Assembly (NCBI GenBank): GCA_963725665.1
Contig: CAVRZA010000002.1
Location: forward strand, 160,001 to 224,000
Source: an uncultured Actinomycetes bacterium
GTDB lineage: Bacteria; Actinomycetota; Thermoleophilia; UBA2241
Length of the DNA stretch: 64,000 bases
Direction of reading: 5' to 3'
Part shown: positions 17,825 through 28,368 of the stretch, one piece after another
Numbering within the stretch: the first letter of the stretch is position 1
How the letters are laid out: each line of letters begins with the position of its first letter
Notes under the pieces: model-generated
What the model was told of the DNA's origin: nothing
What the model saw: the letters and a program-made list of their open reading frames with translations, nothing else
Databases searched by the model: none
Translations under genes and position numbers: made by a program

Positions 17825-19198
17825 TCAGGCCTCCCGACCGAGCTCGAAGCGCAAGGCGTCCTCGAGGTCGGGGAAGACAAAGCGGAAGGAACGCTCCTCG
17901 AGCCGCGCCGGCACGACGCGCATGCTGTCCAGCAGTAGCTCGCGGGCCATCTGACCGCCGGCCTTCTCGACGGCGGCTCGTGGCGCCGCCATCACCGTCG
18001 GCCGGCGGAGCACGCGGCCGAGGATCTGGGTGAACACGGCGTTGGTCACCAGACCGGGCGCCACCGCGTTGACCGGCCCGCTGAGCGACTCGTCGGCCAG
18101 CGCGGCCAGCATGACGCCCAACAAGTCGTCGAGGGAGATCCAGGGGAACCACTGCTCGCCCGAGCCGATCCTGACGCCGAGGCCGAGACGGAAGACCGGC
18201 AGCACGAGCGGCAGGACCCCGCCGGCGGCGGTCATGACGATGCCCTGCCGTGTCGTGACCACGCGAATGCCGGCCTCGCGTGCCGGGTCGAGCGTCCGCT
18301 CCCACTGCACGCCCACGTCGGCGAGGAAGCCCTCGCCGGGGGCGCTGTCCTCGCTCAGCTCCTCGTCGCCGCGGCCGCCGTACCAGCCGACGCCGGCCGC
18401 CGACACGAGCACGCGCGGCTTCTTCTCGAGGCCGGCGAGGGTGTGCGCGAGCAGCGAGGTGCCGTCGATCCGGCTGCGCAGGATGGCGTCCTTCTTGCCC
18501 GCCGTCCACACGCCGGCGATGCTCTCACCCGCGGTGTGGACGACGGCGTCGAGGCCCTCGAGCCCGGCCGCGTCGATCTCTGCGGCGGCCGGGTCCCAGA
18601 AGACCTCGCCTTCGCCGGCGGGGCGGCGGCGCACGACGCGAACGATCTCGTGGCCACCGGCCGAGAGGAAGGCGGCCAGGTTGCGTCCGATGAGGCCGCT
18701 GGAGCCTGTGATCGCCACCCTGAGTCGGGGAGTCGCGCGCGTCTCCTTGTGGCGCTCGAGGTCGTTACGCGTGCGCTCGTGGCGGAAGCGGAAGAGCCGC
18801 TCGAGCTGGGGCCGTGCGGGGCGGCTGCCCAGCAGCCGCCCCGCACGGCCCCCGGGCAGCTCATACTCGAGGTGGTCCTCGAGGATACTGGCGTCGTCTC
18901 CGTCGGGGATGAAGCGGTGGGTGTGGTCCCAGGCCCCGAACGGCCCCGTCACCTGACGGTCGGCGAACTGGCGGCCCGGTACGACGTCGTGGTGCTCGGC
19001 CACCCAGGTGCCGCGCAGCGGCCCGGCCTGGACCTTCAGCACGAGGCGCGAGCCGTCGGCGATGTCGCCACGACGCTCGACAACCTTCACCCGCTGCCAC
19101 GGTGCCACCAGACGCTCGAAGGCGCCCGGTCGCGCGTGCCACTCGAAGAGCTCCTCCGCCGGCACCGGCATAGAGCTGAGCCGCTCGAAGACCTCCAT
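17825..19198 (-). CDS. SRPBCC domain fused to a TIGR01777-family epimerase
   Basis: WHARPGAFERL, GPFGAWDHTHRF, then ITGSSGLIG, GEGFLADV, GSGEQWFPWI; SD GGAGG. Confidence 0.92.
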   Translation of the reverse strand: MEVFERLSSMPVPAEELFEWHARPGAFERLVAPWQRVKVVERRGDIADGSRLVLKVQAGPLRGTWVAEHHDVVPGRQFADRQVTGPFGAWDHTHRFIPDGDDASILEDHLEYELPGGRAGRLLGSRPARPQLERLFRFRHERTRNDLERHKETRATPRLRVAITGSSGLIGRNLAAFLSAGGHEIVRVVRRRPAGEGEVFWDPAAAEIDAAGLEGLDAVVHTAGESIAGVWTAGKKDAILRSRIDGTSLLAHTLAGLEKKPRVLVSAAGVGWYGGRGDEELSEDSAPGEGFLADVGVQWERTLDPAREAGIRVVTTRQGIVMTAAGGVLPLVLPVFRLGLGVRIGSGEQWFPWISLDDLLGVMLAALADESLSGPVNAVAPGLVTNAVFTQILGRVLRRPTVMAAPRAAVEKAGGQMARELLLDSMRVVPARLEERSFRFVFPDLEDALRFELGREA

Positions 19199-19424
19199 GG
19201 ACCCTCCTCTCACCGCCGCCCCAAGGCGCACGTAGATGCTCGGAGGTTTACCCGCGGCGGCGGCTTTCTCAAGCTTGAGAGCGCCCCTGCGCCGTTCGCG
19301 CACGCGGCCCGGCGGACCATGGCCAGTGTGACTGGGAGGACGCCTGTGAACGAACGGGGCACCCGGCCGAGCGAGACGCCTGCGGGCGAACGTATAGACT
19401 GGCGAGTCGACACAGGAGCGATGC

Positions 19425-20669
19425 ATGAGTGGTCTTTCGGGGCGCTTTGCCGCCCTGCGCGAGCGCAACTTCCGCAATCTCTTTCTCGGCCAATCGGTCT
19501 CGGTGATCGGCGACGGCATCACGCCGGTGGCCATCACCTTCGCCGTGCTCGATCTGACGGGCTCGCCGACGGACCTCGGACTGGTCCTGGCCGCCCAGAG
19601 CGTACCCCTCGTCGCCTTTGCCCTGATCGGCGGCGTCTGGGCCGATCGGCTGCGCCGCGAGCGCGTGATGCTCGTCTCCGACATCGTCCGCGCCTGCGTG
19701 CAGGCGACCGTTGCGGCCCTGCTCCTGAGCGGCCAGGCGCAGATCTGGCAGCTCATGGTGCTCCTCGCGGCATACGGCACTGCCGAGGCCTTCTTCCGCC
19801 CCGCCTGGGGCGGCCTGCTCCCGCAGCTCGTGCCGATGCAGCGTCTGCAGGAGGCCAACGCTCTGATGGGGATCTCGGACAACTTCGGCTGGCTCGTCGG
19901 CCCGGCGATCGCCGGCACGCTGATAGCGGTGCTAGGGCCCGGCGGTGCGATCGCCATCGACGCCGGCACGTTCGTCGTGAGCGCGGTCTTCCTGGCGACG
20001 ATCGTCGCGCCGCCGTTCGAGCGCCGCCACGCGCCGGCGCCCTTTGTGGCCGAGTTGCGCCAGGGCTGGTATGAGGTCAAGTCGCGGCGCTGGCTCTGGG
20101 TCATGCTCCTGCGCACGTGCCTGGTCCTCTTCGCCGCGATAGCTCCCTTCCAGATTCTCGGGCCGCTGATCCTGCGCGAGCACGGCAGGGGAGCGGCGTC
20201 ATGGGGTTTCCTCATGGCGATCTTCAGCGCCGGGATGATCGCCGGCGGCGCTTTCGCCATGCGCTACCGTCCCCGCCGGCCGATGGTCGTCGTGGCCATC
20301 ACCGGGACCTCGGGCTGTCTCTCGCCGCTCGCCCTCGCCCTGGGCGGCTACCTGCCGGCGCTCATCGTCACCGAGAGCATCCACGGCGTCGCCGTCGGGA
20401 TCCTCGTCGCCGTCTGGAACACGACTGTGCAGAGCCAAGTGCCCAGGGACGCCGTCGCGCGCGTCACGGCCTGGGACTGGATGGCGTCGCTCGCCCTGTG
20501 GCCGCTGGGGCTGGCCATCGCAGGGCCGCTGGTCGCGGCGCTGGGGTTCACCACGGCGGCGTGGCTCTCGGGGACCGTGGGGCTCGCCTGCTCGCTCTGG
20601 GTGCTGGGCGTCAAGGACGTCTGGCGCCTGCGCCCGGCGCCCTCGCTGTCGCTGCCGGAGGGCGGCTGA
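19425..20669 (+). CDS. MFS transporter (MFS_3 type)
   Basis: NFRNLFLGQSVSVIGD, GGVWADRLRR motif A, about 12 TM. Confidence 0.93.
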   Translation: MSGLSGRFAALRERNFRNLFLGQSVSVIGDGITPVAITFAVLDLTGSPTDLGLVLAAQSVPLVAFALIGGVWADRLRRERVMLVSDIVRACVQATVAALLLSGQAQIWQLMVLLAAYGTAEAFFRPAWGGLLPQLVPMQRLQEANALMGISDNFGWLVGPAIAGTLIAVLGPGGAIAIDAGTFVVSAVFLATIVAPPFERRHAPAPFVAELRQGWYEVKSRRWLWVMLLRTCLVLFAAIAPFQILGPLILREHGRGAASWGFLMAIFSAGMIAGGAFAMRYRPRRPMVVVAITGTSGCLSPLALALGGYLPALIVTESIHGVAVGILVAVWNTTVQSQVPRDAVARVTAWDWMASLALWPLGLAIAGPLVAALGFTTAAWLSGTVGLACSLWVLGVKDVWRLRPAPSLSLPEGG

Positions 20670-20749
20670 GAGAATAGCGCCGGCAGCTCGGAAGAGATCC
20701 GCGCGACGAGCCGGTCGCGTCGTGCCGTCGTCGGGGAAAGGAGCCTCGC

Positions 20750-21946
20750 ATGGTGCCGTCACAGGGTGCGGAGTGGACACTGCCGTTCACGAAGGCGGAG
20801 TACGACGCCCGGCTGGCCGGGGTGCGGGCCGAGATGGAACGCCGGGGGATCGCGTTGCTCTACGTCACGGCGCCGCCCAACCTCAACTACCTGCTGGGGC
20901 ACCAGGCGGTGTGGTTCGACCCGCGCAACGTGACCGGGCTCGCCGTGCCGCTCGCGCCCGCCCCCCCGATCTACTTCGACACCTACGACCACGCGCCCGG
21001 CTGGCCGCCGACGATCGAGGAGTACGTGGAGTACGGCAAGGAGGGTTTCTACTACCCCGAGGGAGCGCAGGCGGTGGCCGACGTGCTGCAAGCGCGCGGG
21101 CTGCTCAAGGGCCGCGTGGGGCTCGAGTACTGGAGCTGGGCGCCGGGCGGGCCGGCCTTCGCCGAGCTCGCCCGGCGCCTCACCGACGCCGGCGCGCCCG
21201 AGGTCGTCGACGGTTCCTGGGTGGTCGACCACGTGCGCCTCATCAAATCGCCCCAAGAGCTCGCCTACACGCGTGAGGCGCTGGCCATCGCCGACGCCGC
21301 CTACGAGGCGCTACGCGACGCACTGGCGCCGGGCATGAGCGAGCACGAGATCAACGCACTCCTCTTCGCGGAGTGCGCGCGGCGGGGCGGCGACGAGCCC
21401 GGTATCCGCACGATGGTGCGCACGGGGCCCAAGACGCCGGCCTTCCACGCGCCGGCGAGCGACCGGCGCGTCGAGGCCGGCGAGCTGCTCATGATCGACA
21501 TGTCGGCGACGCGCCACCAGTACCACGGCAACACCGCGCGCGCCTTCTCGCTAGGCGAGAGCCCGTTCTGGGCCGACGCCCTGGCGACGCTGACGGCGAT
21601 GCGCGACGAGACCTGCGCCCAGATCAGACCGGGCGACCGGACGATGAAGCTGCAGCGGCTCATGGACGAAGCCGTCGACGCCGCCGGCCTGCGGCAGCAC
21701 GTCTGGTGGGTCGGCGGCTACGTGCTGGGCATCTCGATGCCGCCCGACTGGGTCGGCCACATCTACCTGAACGACGAGGAGGGCTTCGAGGCCGGCGTGT
21801 TCGAGCCCGGCTTCGTGGCCAACTGGGAGATCCAGCTCTGGGACCTCGACAAGCACGAAGGCGTGGGCGTCATCGACACGATGATCATGACCGGGCGTGG
21901 GGTCGAGATCCCGGCGCGGTATCCGGCGACGTTGACGGTGGTCTGA
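20750..21946 (+). CDS. M24/creatinase-fold hydrolase, ectoine hydrolase (DoeA/EutD)-like
   Basis: FTKAEYDARL N-terminus, RLIKSPQE, GYVLGISMPPDW in place of the metal-binding GHGxG. Confidence 0.85.
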   Translation: MVPSQGAEWTLPFTKAEYDARLAGVRAEMERRGIALLYVTAPPNLNYLLGHQAVWFDPRNVTGLAVPLAPAPPIYFDTYDHAPGWPPTIEEYVEYGKEGFYYPEGAQAVADVLQARGLLKGRVGLEYWSWAPGGPAFAELARRLTDAGAPEVVDGSWVVDHVRLIKSPQELAYTREALAIADAAYEALRDALAPGMSEHEINALLFAECARRGGDEPGIRTMVRTGPKTPAFHAPASDRRVEAGELLMIDMSATRHQYHGNTARAFSLGESPFWADALATLTAMRDETCAQIRPGDRTMKLQRLMDEAVDAAGLRQHVWWVGGYVLGISMPPDWVGHIYLNDEEGFEAGVFEPGFVANWEIQLWDLDKHEGVGVIDTMIMTGRGVEIPARYPATLTVV

Positions 21947-21952
21947 GGAAGG

Positions 21953-21996
21953 GGCGGGGGGCGGGCGGCGCCTGAAGGCGCCGCCCGCCCCCCGCC
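21953..21996. terminator. GC-rich hairpin, 20-bp stem, between convergent genes
   Basis: Perfect inverted repeat with a TGAA loop. Confidence 0.75.
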
Positions 21997-22002
21997 GACC
22001 GG

Positions 22003-23418
22003 CTACACCGTCCAGAACTCCTCGTGGCCCGGCGCGACCCGCGGCCAGGGTCGTGCCTCCTCCCACGCCCGGCCGCACGCGAGCAGGAGGTCGTCCCTGA
22101 AGCGCGGCCCGGTGAGCTCGAGGCCGAAGGGCAAGCCGCTGGGGAGGACCCCTGCCGGCAGCGTGATCGCCGGGTGTCCGGTCACGTTCTGCGCCTGCGT
22201 GTTGTAGACCCATGCGGGCGTGCCGATGCCGTCGTGGCCGGGCACTCGCCCGTCGGCGGACTGCTCCTCGACGCACAGGGTCGGCGTAGCCAGCACGACG
22301 TCGGCCGCGAGTAGCTCGTCGAGCTCGCTCACGTACGAGAAGCGACGCCGCCTCAGCGTGGCGTACTCCTCGGCCGTGTAGGCGAGCCCCTGCTGCATGC
22401 AGTAGGCGAACACGTCTGTGAAGCGCCGCGCCTCACGCTCGATCGTCTCGCGTCCCAGCGCGTAGGCCTGCTCGACCGTGGCCATGACGAACCAGTCGTC
22501 GTCGATGTTACCCGCGGTGAAGATGTCGCCGGGGCCGATGCGCTCGACGGGCAGTCCGAGGTCGCGCTCGAGTGCCTCGAGCGCGACCTCGAAGGCCTGC
22601 GTCACCGCGGCGGGGAGCGGGCCCCAGTCGACCAGGCGCTCGGCCGCGAGCACGCGCGACGGCCGGCCGCGCCCCGGCGCCGCGTCGAATGGCGGCGCGT
22701 ACGGTAGGGCGCTCGGGTCGCCGGGCACGGGGCCGGCCTCGACCTCGAGGAGCAGGCGCAGGTCGTCGACGGTCGTGGCGAACGGGCCGTCGGTGGAGAA
22801 GTCTATCCAGGAGGGGAGAGGGTCGCGGCCCACGAGCCCGTTGGTCGGCTTGATGCCGGCGAGACCGCAGAATCCCGCCGGGATGCGGATCGAGCCGCCG
22901 CCGTCCGTCGCGGTGGCGATCGGCGCCAGCCCGGCGGCCACGGCGGCGGCGGAGCCGCCGCTCGAGCCGCCGGGCGTGCACTCGAGCTTCCACGGGTTGC
23001 GGGTCGTGCCGAAGACGCGGTTGTCGGTGTAGCCCTCGAAGCAGAACTCGGGCACGTTCGTCTTGCCGACGGCGATCGCGCCGGCCGCGCGCAGACGGGC
23101 GATGTGCGCGCAGTCGCGCTGCGCCGGCGGCGCGGCGGCCAGCAGGAGCGAGCCGATGGTCGTGCGCATCCCGGCGAGGTCGTGCACGTCCTTGACCAGC
23201 AGGGGGATGCCCAGGAGCGGCAGCTCGAGGGCCGTGGGCTCGCCGAGGCCGACGCGCTCGTCGAGCGCGTCGGCCTCGGCGAGCGCCTCTTCGGCGCGTA
23301 GCGCGATGACTGCGTTCAGCGACGGGTTGTCGCGCTCGATCCGTTGGAGCGAGTGTGCGACGAGCTCCCTCGCCGACACTCGCCTCGCACGCACCATCTC
23401 GGCCAGTTCGCGCAGCAT
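22003..23418 (-). CDS. Amidase-signature family amidase
   Basis: LLVKD, GKTNVPEF, GGSSGGSAAAVA, TDGGGSIRIPA. Confidence 0.95.
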   Translation of the reverse strand: MLRELAEMVRARRVSARELVAHSLQRIERDNPSLNAVIALRAEEALAEADALDERVGLGEPTALELPLLGIPLLVKDVHDLAGMRTTIGSLLLAAAPPAQRDCAHIARLRAAGAIAVGKTNVPEFCFEGYTDNRVFGTTRNPWKLECTPGGSSGGSAAAVAAGLAPIATATDGGGSIRIPAGFCGLAGIKPTNGLVGRDPLPSWIDFSTDGPFATTVDDLRLLLEVEAGPVPGDPSALPYAPPFDAAPGRGRPSRVLAAERLVDWGPLPAAVTQAFEVALEALERDLGLPVERIGPGDIFTAGNIDDDWFVMATVEQAYALGRETIEREARRFTDVFAYCMQQGLAYTAEEYATLRRRRFSYVSELDELLAADVVLATPTLCVEEQSADGRVPGHDGIGTPAWVYNTQAQNVTGHPAITLPAGVLPSGLPFGLELTGPRFRDDLLLACGRAWEEARPWPRVAPGHEEFWTV

Positions 23419-23658
23419 GGCGGCCCCCTCATCGCGTCGCTATCTCTGCTTTCAGCCTACTACGCATCGTCGGAAAGTGCGGTTCGGCTGCTCTCGACCT
23501 CGTCCGTCCGCCGGGCCGGTCGCCTCGAACGGTCTCCGGGGCGACTCCGGGGAATCATGTTCGTGCTTCCCATGGAACAGGGAACGCCGTCGTCGTGGGC
23601 GGCGAGCCACCCGTTCGCGGGGTGGACCTTCACGGCTGGACGCGACTTGCGCGCAGGT

Positions 23659-23681
23659 TGGCGTCATACTGGCGTCATACT
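23659..23681 (+). promoter_or_regulatory. 11-bp direct repeat TGGCGTCATAC x2 upstream of moxR
   Basis: Perfect tandem copy with helical-turn period, 22 nt before the ATG. Confidence 0.4.
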
Positions 23682-23703
23682 TGCGTAGAGATCGGGAGAG
23701 CCG

Positions 23704-24690
23704 ATGCAGACAGACACACGCAGCGCACCATTTCAGGACGAGGAGATGCACGAGGTAGCCCGCCGCGCGAACGATATCGCGGCCAACATCGCCTCGGTCA
23801 TCCTCGGCAAGGAGGAGGTGATCCAGGCTTGCGTCGTGGCCCTGCTCGCCGGGGGTCACCTCATCATCGAGGACTACCCCGGCGTCGGCAAGACGCTACT
23901 CGCGAAGGCGCTGGCGCGCTCCGTCAACTGTCGCTTCGCCCGCATCCAGTTCACCCCTGACCTCCTGCCCAGCGACGTCACCGGGGTGAGCGTCTTCAAC
24001 CAGAAGACGGCCGGTTTCGAGTTCCGCCCGGGACCGATCTTCGCCAACATCGTGCTCGCCGACGAGATCAACCGCTCCTCGCCCAAGACGCAGGCGAGCC
24101 TCCTTGAGTGCATGGAGGAGCGCCAGGCGACCATCGACAACGTGACCCATGCGATCGTCGCCCCGTTCATGGTCATCGCGACCCAGAATCCCATCGAGTA
24201 CGAGGGCACCTACCCACTCCCCGAAGCCCAGCTCGACCGCTTCATGATGCGCATCAGCATCGGCTACCCGGCAGCCGCCGCCGAGGATGCGATCCTGCTA
24301 GCCCAGACCTCGGGGGACCCGTTCGCCGAGCTCGCTCCGGTCCTGAGCGACGGCGAGGTGCTCACCATGCAGGCCGCGCTCGACAGGGTGAAGGTCGCGC
24401 CGGCGATCCGCCGCTACGTCGTCGGTATCCTCGCCGCGACCCGTGACAGCAGAGACGTCTACCTCGGGGCGAGTCCTCGCGCCGGGATCGCCCTGATACG
24501 CGCGGCGAAGGCCCTGGCCGTTCTGCGGGGCAGGGATTTCGTGGTCCCGCAGGACATCAAGGACCTCGTCGGCCGGGTGCTCAGTCACAGGATCATCCTC
24601 TCGCCGGATGCGAAGGTCCATGGGCAGTCCGAAGGAGCGGCGCTCGCCGACCTGCTCAAGGCCGTCCCCGTTCCCGGACCGGAGCGATGA
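23704..24690 (+). CDS. MoxR-family AAA+ ATPase
   Basis: EDYPGVGKT, RIQFTPDLLPSD, LADEINR, ATQNPIEYEGTYPLPEAQLDRF. Confidence 0.96.
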   Translation: MQTDTRSAPFQDEEMHEVARRANDIAANIASVILGKEEVIQACVVALLAGGHLIIEDYPGVGKTLLAKALARSVNCRFARIQFTPDLLPSDVTGVSVFNQKTAGFEFRPGPIFANIVLADEINRSSPKTQASLLECMEERQATIDNVTHAIVAPFMVIATQNPIEYEGTYPLPEAQLDRFMMRISIGYPAAAAEDAILLAQTSGDPFAELAPVLSDGEVLTMQAALDRVKVAPAIRRYVVGILAATRDSRDVYLGASPRAGIALIRAAKALAVLRGRDFVVPQDIKDLVGRVLSHRIILSPDAKVHGQSEGAALADLLKAVPVPGPER

Positions 24691-25958
24691 CGCGTCCCAC
24701 CGCCCGCGGGCTCAGTCTCCTGGTCGTGGCGATCGCGACCTATATCGCCGCGCGCATCCTGGGCACTTGGGAGCTCTACCTACTGTCGTTCGCGTTCGTG
24801 GCCGCCTTGTTCGTGTCGTGGCTGCTGGTGCTGGTCAGCGGCCGCAGACTCAGGGTCGTCCGCGTCTTGACGCCCGAGCAGCCGGTGGTCGGCGACCCGT
24901 TGCTGCTTTCGTTTCGCGCCAAGAACGGCTCCCTGCTGCCGGGGCTGCAGGTGAGGCTGCCGCACGCCGTCGGAGATCTCGGCGACCGTGACCGGGCGGT
25001 CGACTTCGAGAGCCTGGGTCCTCGGGCTGAGCGAGTGGCCACCTCGGGTCCCTGGCCCGCGCGGCGAGGTGTGCACCGTCTCCCGGCGCTGCTCGCTGTG
25101 GCCGAAGACCCGCTGGGCCTGGTGCGCGTCCGCCGCCAGCTTGGGGATGCCATCGAGTTCACCGTGTTCCCGCGACTGATTCACCTGCGCTCGTGCGCGC
25201 TGTTGGTGGGCGCCGGTCAGCGCCGCGAGGTCGGCAGAGGCGGCCTCGCGGCGCTCGGAGGCTACGAGTTCCGCGGCATCCGACCCCACAACCCGGGCGA
25301 ACCGCTGAGCCACGTCGACTGGAAGTCCACGGCGAAGACGGGGAACCTCATGCTCCGCGAGACCGAGGACCCGTCGAGCAGCGATGTCACCCTGCTGCTC
25401 GAGGGCGCGGCCTCGTTCGTCGTCGGTGAACCTCCTGAGACGAACTTCGAGCTCGCCGTCGAAGTCGCCGGCTCGATCGCCGCGTTCGCGTTGCGCGCCG
25501 GCCGGGGGGTCTCTCTGCTGCTCCACGAGAGCGGCTGGGGACAACTGCGCCTTACGGCCGACGCCAACGGTCACCATCGCCTGCTGGAGAACCTGGCGAG
25601 AACCGAGCCGCATCGTTCCGTGCGGCTCGGCCCCTCGCTGCGCGTGCTCCTGGCGAGCGGTGGGTTGCGCCTGCGGACGCAGGTGCTGCGTACGCACAGC
25701 CTGACCTTGGTCGTCCTGTCGCTCGATCGAGAGCTCGTGCGCGCGGTGATCGCCCTGCGCGAAGAGGGCCGGCAGGTCTCCGTCGTCTACGTCGCCCCGG
25801 ATTCGTTCACGTCGGCGCCACCGGGCGCCGAGAGCCGGAACCTTGCGCTCGCGCTCACGTCCGCCGGGGTGCCCTGCCTCAGGGTGAACCGCGGCGACGA
25901 TCTGGGCTCGGTGCTGTCGCTGGCGCACCGCGAAGGACTCTACGCTCGCCCAGTCTGA
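24687..25958 (+). CDS. DUF58 protein
   Basis: DPLGL, EFRGIRPHNPGEPLSHVDWKSTAK; follows MoxR. Confidence 0.9.
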   Translation: MTRPTARGLSLLVVAIATYIAARILGTWELYLLSFAFVAALFVSWLLVLVSGRRLRVVRVLTPEQPVVGDPLLLSFRAKNGSLLPGLQVRLPHAVGDLGDRDRAVDFESLGPRAERVATSGPWPARRGVHRLPALLAVAEDPLGLVRVRRQLGDAIEFTVFPRLIHLRSCALLVGAGQRREVGRGGLAALGGYEFRGIRPHNPGEPLSHVDWKSTAKTGNLMLRETEDPSSSDVTLLLEGAASFVVGEPPETNFELAVEVAGSIAAFALRAGRGVSLLLHESGWGQLRLTADANGHHRLLENLARTEPHRSVRLGPSLRVLLASGGLRLRTQVLRTHSLTLVVLSLDRELVRAVIALREEGRQVSVVYVAPDSFTSAPPGAESRNLALALTSAGVPCLRVNRGDDLGSVLSLAHREGLYARPV

Positions 25959-28222
25959 TGGTCGTGCGCAAGCTCCTCTACCTTCTCAGCTTCTTCGGCC
26001 TCGCCGTCACCGCCGCCCTTGCGGTCGATCGGGTGGGCAGGCCCTCCCTGGCTCCGTTGCTCGTCCTCGCGGTCATCGTGGGTACCCTCGCCGGCGGGCC
26101 CGGGCTCGTCCATCGTCGAGCATGGCCCCTCAGTCTCGTGCTGATCCCCCTCGGGGCCTACCTGCTGCTGCGCTTGCAGCTCTCGCTTCCGCCGACCATC
26201 CACGGCGTCTGGCAACAGCTCGGCTTCTTCCGCGAACAGCTCGGCGCCGGCGGCCGGGCCTACATAACCCAGCATCTGCCCTTCGACTTCGACGCCGCGC
26301 CCGAGCTCAGGTTCCTCCTTGCCTTCCTCGTCTACGTAGCCGCGGCCTTCTCAGCCTTCGTGGCCCTCAGCTTGCGCAAGGCGCTGCCGGCCGTCGTCCT
26401 CCTCCTCGTGCTGCTGGGGTTCGGCGTCACCATAGATGACGCCGACAAGGTCCTCCTGCTGCCGGCCGCGTTCCTCCTGCTCGCTGGGTGCCTCCTGATG
26501 CTCTCACGCTCGCTTGAGCGCGAGCGGTGGAAGCCGGCCGACTCTCTGGCTGGTGTGGCGACGACGGTGATCGCCTCTCTGCTCGGTCTCTCGCTGCTCG
26601 GGGCGACGTCGGCGGCGGCGAGCCAGCCGTGGCAGGACTGGCGCACGTGGGGCGGCACGGTCGTCACTCACCAGAGCACCAGCATCAACTTCAGCGGGAT
26701 CAAGGACTACCCGAGCCTGCTCGATCCCGCGAACAATGCCCAGGTCATGAGGGTCAAGTCGCCCGTCGCAACGTACTGGCGTGCGAACGCTCTCGACTAC
26801 TTCACCGGGGAGGAATGGTTCGGGGACAAGACCCTGCGGGCGGTGTTGACGCCTGAGCCCGAATCCGGCCTCTACCGCTACAGGGTCCCCGGCACGACCA
26901 CGGAGCCTCCGGGAAGGCTGGTCACCGAGGCGTTCCGGATCGGGTCGCTGTACACGGACTACTACTTCGCCGGGGGGATGCCGAGGACTCTTGTCCTGGA
27001 TCAGCGAGTGCCGGTGCAGCTCAATGGCGCACAGGCCCTCCGGGCCCAGGCGTTCATCGGGCCGAACCTCGACTACGAGGTCACCGCCGTCGTCCCCCAG
27101 CTGAAGCCCGCCGATCTCGTCGGTCGCGGTCGCGACTACCCCGACGACGTCCTGCAAGACATCGAGATGCCTTTCCCGACGCTGGTGGAGATGGGAGCGG
27201 GCGCGACCGAGTCGCGGTGGCGGCAGGCGTTGGGCGTGACTCCCGTCGAACGCGAGTGGCTCGGCCTCTACCGGCTCAACCGCGCCATCGTGGGACAGGC
27301 TACCGATCCGTACGACATCGCCCTGCGGGTCGAAGAGTACCTGCGCCTGAACTACACATACTCTCTGAGCCCGCCCTCGGTGTCGCTCGAGTCCCCTTAC
27401 GCGGCGTTCCTCTTCAAGACGAAGACCGGCTTCTGCCAGCACTTCGCCGGGGCCATGGCCGCGCTGATGCGCTTCAACGGCATCCCGGCCCGGGTGGTGC
27501 TGGGGTTTGCCACGGGCGACAGGGCCAAGGACGGCACGTTCGTCGTGAGCAGGACGGACGCCCACGCGTGGGTCGAGGTCTACTTCCCCCAGGTCGGCTG
27601 GGTGCCCTTCGACCCCACGCCGGGTCGCAGCCTGCCCGGGCGAGGCCCGTCGTCAACGAGCGCTGGCTTCGTGAGCCCCTTCACGGCGGGAGGCGCCACG
27701 GCGGAGGGTCTCTCCCGAACGGGGACGGGGAACTCCGCCAAACGGCTTCGCGACCGGTTGGCGGCGGGCGGAGGCGGCAGCGGGGCGACGTCGGGAGCCT
27801 GGGTCGCGCGCGGCGTGCTGCCGTGGAGCATCGCCCTGGCGGCCTTGCTGCTAGCCTGGCCGCTGGGCCGGGTGTTGCTCCGCCGGCGAGCCGCGCGACG
27901 GGGAGGCCCCGAGGGGCGCCTGCGGGCGTCTCTCGCGCTCATGTTCGCCGAGCTCAAGGACTACGGCGTGGACGTGCCGCGGTCGCAGACTCTCGACGAG
28001 ACGTCGCGCCTCTTGAAGGAACATGTCGGCCTCGATGTGACCGGCGTGGTGGATCGGGTCCAGGCAGTGCTTTTCGGCGGCCGGTCTGCCACCCGGCAAG
28101 ACCTGACCGACGTCGCGGAGCTGCGCCGCGAGCTGAGGCACAGGTTGCGGGCACGAGCAGGCTGGCTGAGGGGGCTTCTCGCCCTGTACGGCCTTCCGGC
28201 GGCGTCGACCGGGCGCGGCTGA
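25958..28222 (+). CDS. Membrane transglutaminase-like protein (TgpA type)
   Basis: Multi-TM N-terminus; YWR; [37 protein letters not shown] (Cys-His-Asp triad). Confidence 0.93.
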   Translation: MVVRKLLYLLSFFGLAVTAALAVDRVGRPSLAPLLVLAVIVGTLAGGPGLVHRRAWPLSLVLIPLGAYLLLRLQLSLPPTIHGVWQQLGFFREQLGAGGRAYITQHLPFDFDAAPELRFLLAFLVYVAAAFSAFVALSLRKALPAVVLLLVLLGFGVTIDDADKVLLLPAAFLLLAGCLLMLSRSLERERWKPADSLAGVATTVIASLLGLSLLGATSAAASQPWQDWRTWGGTVVTHQSTSINFSGIKDYPSLLDPANNAQVMRVKSPVATYWRANALDYFTGEEWFGDKTLRAVLTPEPESGLYRYRVPGTTTEPPGRLVTEAFRIGSLYTDYYFAGGMPRTLVLDQRVPVQLNGAQALRAQAFIGPNLDYEVTAVVPQLKPADLVGRGRDYPDDVLQDIEMPFPTLVEMGAGATESRWRQALGVTPVEREWLGLYRLNRAIVGQATDPYDIALRVEEYLRLNYTYSLSPPSVSLESPYAAFLFKTKTGFCQHFAGAMAALMRFNGIPARVVLGFATGDRAKDGTFVVSRTDAHAWVEVYFPQVGWVPFDPTPGRSLPGRGPSSTSAGFVSPFTAGGATAEGLSRTGTGNSAKRLRDRLAAGGGGSGATSGAWVARGVLPWSIALAALLLAWPLGRVLLRRRAARRGGPEGRLRASLALMFAELKDYGVDVPRSQTLDETSRLLKEHVGLDVTGVVDRVQAVLFGGRSATRQDLTDVAELRRELRHRLRARAGWLRGLLALYGLPAASTGRG

Positions 28223-28368
28223 GCGGGCCCCGCCGCGGTCGCTGCGCCACGTCGGACCCTTGCGGACGCTTCTGCGGGTCATTCCCCGGTGGCCGCGGAC
28301 GCGCACGTGCCGCCCCCGGTCAGCGTGTATCATGCTCGGCGAGGTGGGCTCGAGGGGAGGGCGGTGCC

